Assembly (NCBI GenBank): GCA_004563595.2
Contig: CP042461.1
Location: forward strand, 840,001 to 872,000
DNA from: Candidatus Saccharimonadota bacterium
GTDB lineage: Bacteria > Patescibacteriota > Gracilibacteria > BD1-5 > UBA6164
DNA: 32,000 bases
Direction: 5' to 3'
In this document: in pieces, positions 27,797-32,000 of the stretch
Layout: the number at the start of each line of letters is the position of its first letter
How positions within the stretch are numbered: position 1 is the stretch's first letter
Position numbers and translations under genes: made by a program
Notes under the pieces: generated by a model
What the model saw: only the letters and a program-made list of their open reading frames with translations
What the model was told of the DNA's origin: nothing
The model's database searches: none

Positions 27797-29993
27797 AATG
27801 CATAATTTTTTCTAACGAATGACTAACAAGGTCATCTCAATAATATAATTTTACCCTATCAATCAGTCTATCAATAATAAGGTAGTCGTAATCAGGAATA
27901 ACGAGCTTCAAGGATAATCATGTATTTAAATTTCAAATTTTCTTAGATATTATTTCTTCAATGTTTATATCCATTGAAAATAGTATCTCAGTTAAACTTT
28001 TTAACATTCAAATTTTATTCTTTAAAACAAAATTTATAGAGAATTCCAAACTTTGTGATTCATATCACTCTACATATGTTGGTAATAATCTTTCCTTATT
28101 TACATCTCTTAATATCTTACAATCTCTTTTATGAACGGTTAATATTCATTTTGAATTTATGTGTGAAACTATAGCATCTAAAGTTTGCTTTTTACAGCAC
28201 TGACAATATGTATATTTTAGATTTGCTTCTCATCATATTATTACTTTACGTTTATGTGTATTTTTTTTCTTTTTAGCTGAATCTAAAGCTTTTGCTTCTG
28301 ATCACTTTACATCAATTTTATTACTTTTAATTATTCTTTTCAATAAAATTGATGGAGTAATATTAAAACTTCCTACCTCCTCTAATAAGGTCCATCTATT
28401 CTCCGTAGAATATTTCTTTCCATCAATTACTTTTAATAATGATAAATCTTTATCAAAGACTCATAATCAAAGTTTATCTAGATACTTATTCATAATATCT
28501 TTCCCTCTTTCTCTGTGTAATTCTTTATCTTCTTTCTTTAAATATGATTTTACACTATTTTTTGCTTTTACTGTTTTTAAAAATGATATCCGGAAAGGAC
28601 TTGGTATTTTATTTTTATCAATGATTATATCAACGAAATCTCAATTATGTAATTCTTTATCCAATGGATAAATTTTATCATTTACCTTGGCCATACTAAT
28701 ATGATTTCATAGCTCAGTATGAACATAATAAGCAAAATCTACTGGAGTCGAACCATGAGGTAAGTTTATTAAGTCTCATTTCGGGGTAAAAACAAAAATT
28801 CTATTTTTAAACATATCGATTTTAAGCGATCAAATGAAATCACTATCAACTATATTTTGAGTAAGATCCTTTAATTCTTTAATCCAATCTATATCCTTCA
28901 CTATACTACTTCACTTTTCTTTATATTCAAAATGAGCTGCTACTCATATATCTGAATATTCTTTCATTTTGTATGTTTTGATTTGAATCTCTGTTGGTTG
29001 TTTCCTGTGTTCTTTTAAAAGTCATATCACAGTAGTATGAATACTTTTATAACCATTAGGTTTTGGAAGAGCTATATAGTCTTTAAATCGATAAGGGAGT
29101 GGTGACCACTTATTATGAATAAGTCATAACACTCTGTAACAATCTGATAAGTCTTTTACAATAACTCTTATTCAAAATAAATCATGTAAATCTTCTATAT
29201 GATCAATTCATTTTTTTGTTAATTTTTTATGAATAGAGTAAATAGACTTCACCCTATAATCAATTTCATAATCTTGTACTTCTCCATCTAAAATTTTTTT
29301 TATTTCTACTCTTACATTTTTCAAAAAAGACTCTCTAGAATCTTCCATTTCTTTCAGTTGTTTCTTTATTTTTTTATAATTTTTTATATCTAATATTTTT
29401 AAACACTCCTGATCAAGTTCATTTTTAAAATTATAAAGCCCTAACCTATCAGCAATTGGAGAAAATATATTTATGGTTTCCAGTGCAATTTTTTCTCTTT
29501 TTTCTGGTTTTGGATGAAATTTTAATGTCCTCATATTATGAAGTCTGTCCGAAAGTTTAATAAAAACCACTCTTAAATCTTCTGCCATAGCAATAAACAT
29601 TTTCCTCAAACTTCAGACTTCTCTTTGTTCTCATTTATATCTTACTTTTGAAAGTTTTTCCATTCCTAAACACAAAAAAGCAACCTCATCACCAAATATT
29701 TCTTGAATATCCTCAGCTGTTCTAGGGGTGTCTTCGATTACATCATGAAGTAAACAAGATTGGATGGTATATATATCAGGTTTTAAACTTAATAATATTT
29801 TCGTTGCTTCAACTGGATGAATAATATAAGGGTCTCAAGATTTTCTATACTGTCATTCATGAGCTTCTTTTGCAAATATGTACGCTTTACGAATTTCGAC
29901 GTCAATAAAATCAGGGGACAAATTTTTCATGTAACCCTTTACATTTTTTATAATTCCATCTACTTTTTTATCAATCTTGGTATACTGCGTCAT
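27795..29993 (-). CDS. rel: bifunctional (p)ppGpp synthetase/hydrolase, long RelA/SpoT homolog (HD + synthetase + TGS + ACT-like)
   Basis: The HD motifs are [30 protein letters not shown]. The synthetase region is [41 protein letters not shown]. The TGS region is [32 protein letters not shown]. Length is 2199 nt. Confidence 0.92.
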
Positions 29994-30131
29994 TTAAAAA
30001 TAATAAATAATATGTGCTATTGATATTATATGATAATCTTTTTAAGATTTTTGCAAATATTTCTTTACATAAAAGCAAAAAACGATAATATGAGCTTGTT
30101 TTTATTATATTTTTAATATCTAAGGAATCTT

Positions 30132-30962
30132 ATGAGAAATCTAAAAAATACAGCATTCACACTTGTTGAACTTCTTGTAGTAATAACAATCCTAGCAATT
30201 ATATCAGTAGTTGCATATCAAAATTTTGGATGAGCCGTTGATAAAGCTGTTTCTGGAAGAAAAATAAATGATATATCAACTATTGAAACTGCATTACAAC
30301 AATATAAAGTAGATAATAACTACTATCCTGCTACAGAGGCATATGATGCTTCAGCAAACATGTGGGGATATAATTCATGAACTACTGCAAAACCATCAAA
30401 TACAATAGATGTTACATATGACAAAGCTGAAATAACTATCTTAGATAATGCAGATGGAGGATGAAAAGTATACTGATTAAATGACTGATCAACTGACTGG
30501 ACTGCTAAACAAATCTGAGCTAAGTGAACAATATCAAGAGATATTTTAGGAAAGAAATATTTATCTAAAGATTTATATGATCCTGAAAATTGAGATTTAA
30601 AAATATGATCAAAATTACTTATAGATAGCTGAGTATGAAGATACGTATATGCCACATATAAAAAAGCTAAGTCTAGTTGAGATTGGACTCAAAATTATAA
30701 TGGGACAAATTATAACCTTGCATTTACAATCAAAGAAAACTGAACTGATAAATATGTAACCAGAATTGTTGGTGATTATGATGAAGAGTCATGTTATGAC
30801 GATAAATTACTCTGTCCATCTACTCTTATTTGATCTTCAAATACTATACTTATAGATAAACAAGAGGAATGAAAAACATCATCTTGAACTGCTCTTGCTA
30901 ATTATGATTCAAAACAAGCGGATCAATGAATTCCTTATGCAGTGACTGATTTTGCTGAATAA
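30132..30962 (+). CDS. type IV pilin / pseudopilin-like protein (276 aa)
   Basis: AAGGA lies 5 nt upstream of the ATG. The N-terminus is MRNLKNTAFTLVELLVVITILAIISVVAY, a class III signal and N-methylation motif with Glu at +5. The globular part is large and Gly-, Asp- and Thr-rich, with many TGA Gly. Length is 831 nt. Confidence 0.85.
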
Positions 30963-30973
30963 TTTTAATTACT

Positions 30974-31007
30974 AAAAAACTGAAGTGTTTACACTTCAGT
31001 TTTTTTT
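30974..31007. terminator. bidirectional terminator (pilin gene / methyltransferase gene)
   Basis: The hairpin is aaaaaactgaagtg-ttta-cacttcagttttttt. The stop codon of the minus-strand methyltransferase (30989-30991) lies in the loop. Confidence 0.75.
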
Positions 31008-31654
31008 ATGATTGAAATTATATTTCTTTGATTATCAAATAATCTATTCTCAATTACTTCAAATCATGATTCTTTAAAAAGATACTCGAGTTCAGATATA
31101 TCAAAACAATGATAATATCTTTCAAATTCTCATATTTTTATATTATAATCTATACTTCAAAATTGATTTTCTGTTCAAACTATGACACTCTTATCATATC
31201 TTTTTCTATTAAAATCACTGTTTAATGCCCAATTTGTCATATATATTTTTCATCATTCTTCTAGTAAAGCATAAGTTTTTTTTATGACCTTTCATCTTTC
31301 TTCTAGAGTTTGCAAATGATGGTATGAAGCAAAGAAAAATATATGAGAAAATTTATTTTTTATTTCATCAAGATCAAGCATATTTAATTCCTGAAAATTA
31401 TATTCAGGATATTGTTTTTTTGCTTCATCCAGTAATCATTTAGATAAGTCTACTCAAAGATAATTTTCTGAAGTTATTTTATCAGAAAACCTAGATTTTA
31501 ATTCTCATAGAAAACGTCAATTTCCACATCAGATATCAAGAATACTAATAGATTCACCATCTAAAATATTCCCTAAAAAATAATCCATTTCTGGCCATTT
31601 CATATTTTTTCTTGAATCTGAGAATGTTTTTGCAAAACTATTATAATCTACCAT
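30989..31654 (-). CDS. class I SAM-dependent methyltransferase
   Basis: The translation is MVDYNSFAKTFSDSRKNMKWPEMDYF..ISILDIGCGNGRFLGEL..YLGVDLSKGLLDEA..HIFFFASYHHL..LLEEGGKIYMTNW. Length is 666 nt. Confidence 0.8.
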
Positions 31655-31669
31655 ATTTTATTTTTATAA

Positions 31670-32000
31670 TTACATTTTTTCTGGCATTTGAATACCAAGA
31701 ATTTCAAAACTATCCTTTAATACTATTGTAAATAATTCAACTAATTGTAATCTAATTATTTTATTCTCCTGATTTTCTTCATTGAGTATATGAACTGTAT
31801 TATAAAAACTATTAAACTTTTTTGTGAGATCATATGTATAAGTACATAAATGATGTGGCATATTGGTATCAGCCGTTTTTAATAAAATATCTCAATATTC
31901 TCAAATAGACTTTACCAGCTCTACTTCTTCAGAATGTTCAAATTTTCCTATATGGGTACCTTCAAGAGACAGCTCTACATTTTTATTATAGAAATTCTCT
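31670..32000 (-). CDS. argS: arginyl-tRNA synthetase, C-terminal (DALR anticodon-binding) part; 5' end lies outside the window
   Basis: The translation is ..EEVELVKSIGEYGDILLKTADTNMPHHLCTYTYDLTKKFNSFYNTVHILNEENQENKIIRLQLVELFTIVLKDSFEILGIQMPEKM*. This is the typical ArgRS C-terminus ending in Met. Confidence 0.85.

Noticed and set aside
30323-30655. A 110-aa minus-strand ORF from the track
   Set aside because: It is antisense to the type IV pilin gene, which has a clear prepilin motif, RBS and terminator. It has no start context of its own.
1-32000. A heavily pseudogenised or degraded genome, suggested by the many in-frame stops in every conserved gene
   Set aside because: All interruptions are TGA only. 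They sit on conserved Gly positions, and the frames are otherwise perfectly maintained and end in TAA or TAG. This pattern indicates recoding, not decay.
1-32000. Mycoplasma-type code 4 (TGA = Trp)
   Set aside because: TGA occupies the Gly positions of the Walker A motif GxxGxGKT, the HIGH motif, the K+ filter GFG and the PP-loop GGGKDS. Reading Trp there would destroy these motifs. Trp positions use TGG.
1-32000. CRISPR arrays, rRNA genes, transposases or integrases, and toxin-antitoxin or other recognisable defence genes
   Set aside because: No spaced direct-repeat arrays, rRNA-like segments or mobility or defence gene signatures were seen on either strand after code-25 retranslation.

Overview
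Visibly AT-rich bacterial chromosomal window that only makes sense if TGA is read as glycine (genetic code 25, described for Absconditabacteria/SR1 and Gracilibacteria). The standard-code ORF track is shredded, but every break I checked in a conserved gene is a TGA, and these fall on invariant Gly positions: UvrB Walker A, the HIGH motifs of MetRS and CysRS, the K+ channel filter TVGFGD, and a PP-loop GGGKDS. Hand retranslation with TGA=Gly gives about 32 tightly packed intact genes. They include an HD-only Rel/SpoT-type hydrolase, an EgtD-like methyltransferase, DoxX, uvrB, and a secreted Amidase_2-SpoIID fusion. A 15-gene co-directional minus-strand array contains galU, a YvcK-like gene, an ArsC-family gene, two ferredoxins, SPFH, metG, a Kv-type channel, an M48 protease, an EamA transporter and cysS. 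The rest are tRNA-Phe(GAA), tRNA-Leu(GAG), a class B PBP, a PP-loop ATPase, rpsO, a long Rel/SpoT, a type IV pilin, a methyltransferase and the 3' end of argS. A probable tmRNA lies at the left edge. The most unusual items are: (i) the recoding itself; (ii) a TGA-free islet next to the tRNAs with two paralogous signal-peptide proteins, each with its own sigma70-like promoter, AGGA-type RBS and terminator; (iii) a third TGA-free monocistronic ORF behind perfect TTGACA and TATAAT hexamers; (iv) a small family of GC-rich C-tract/CTAG/G-tract intergenic elements, one of which can sequester the cysS Shine-Dalgarno and carries a G-quadruplex motif. All coordinates come from hand translation. CDS lengths were checked for divisibility by 3, but start codons may be off.
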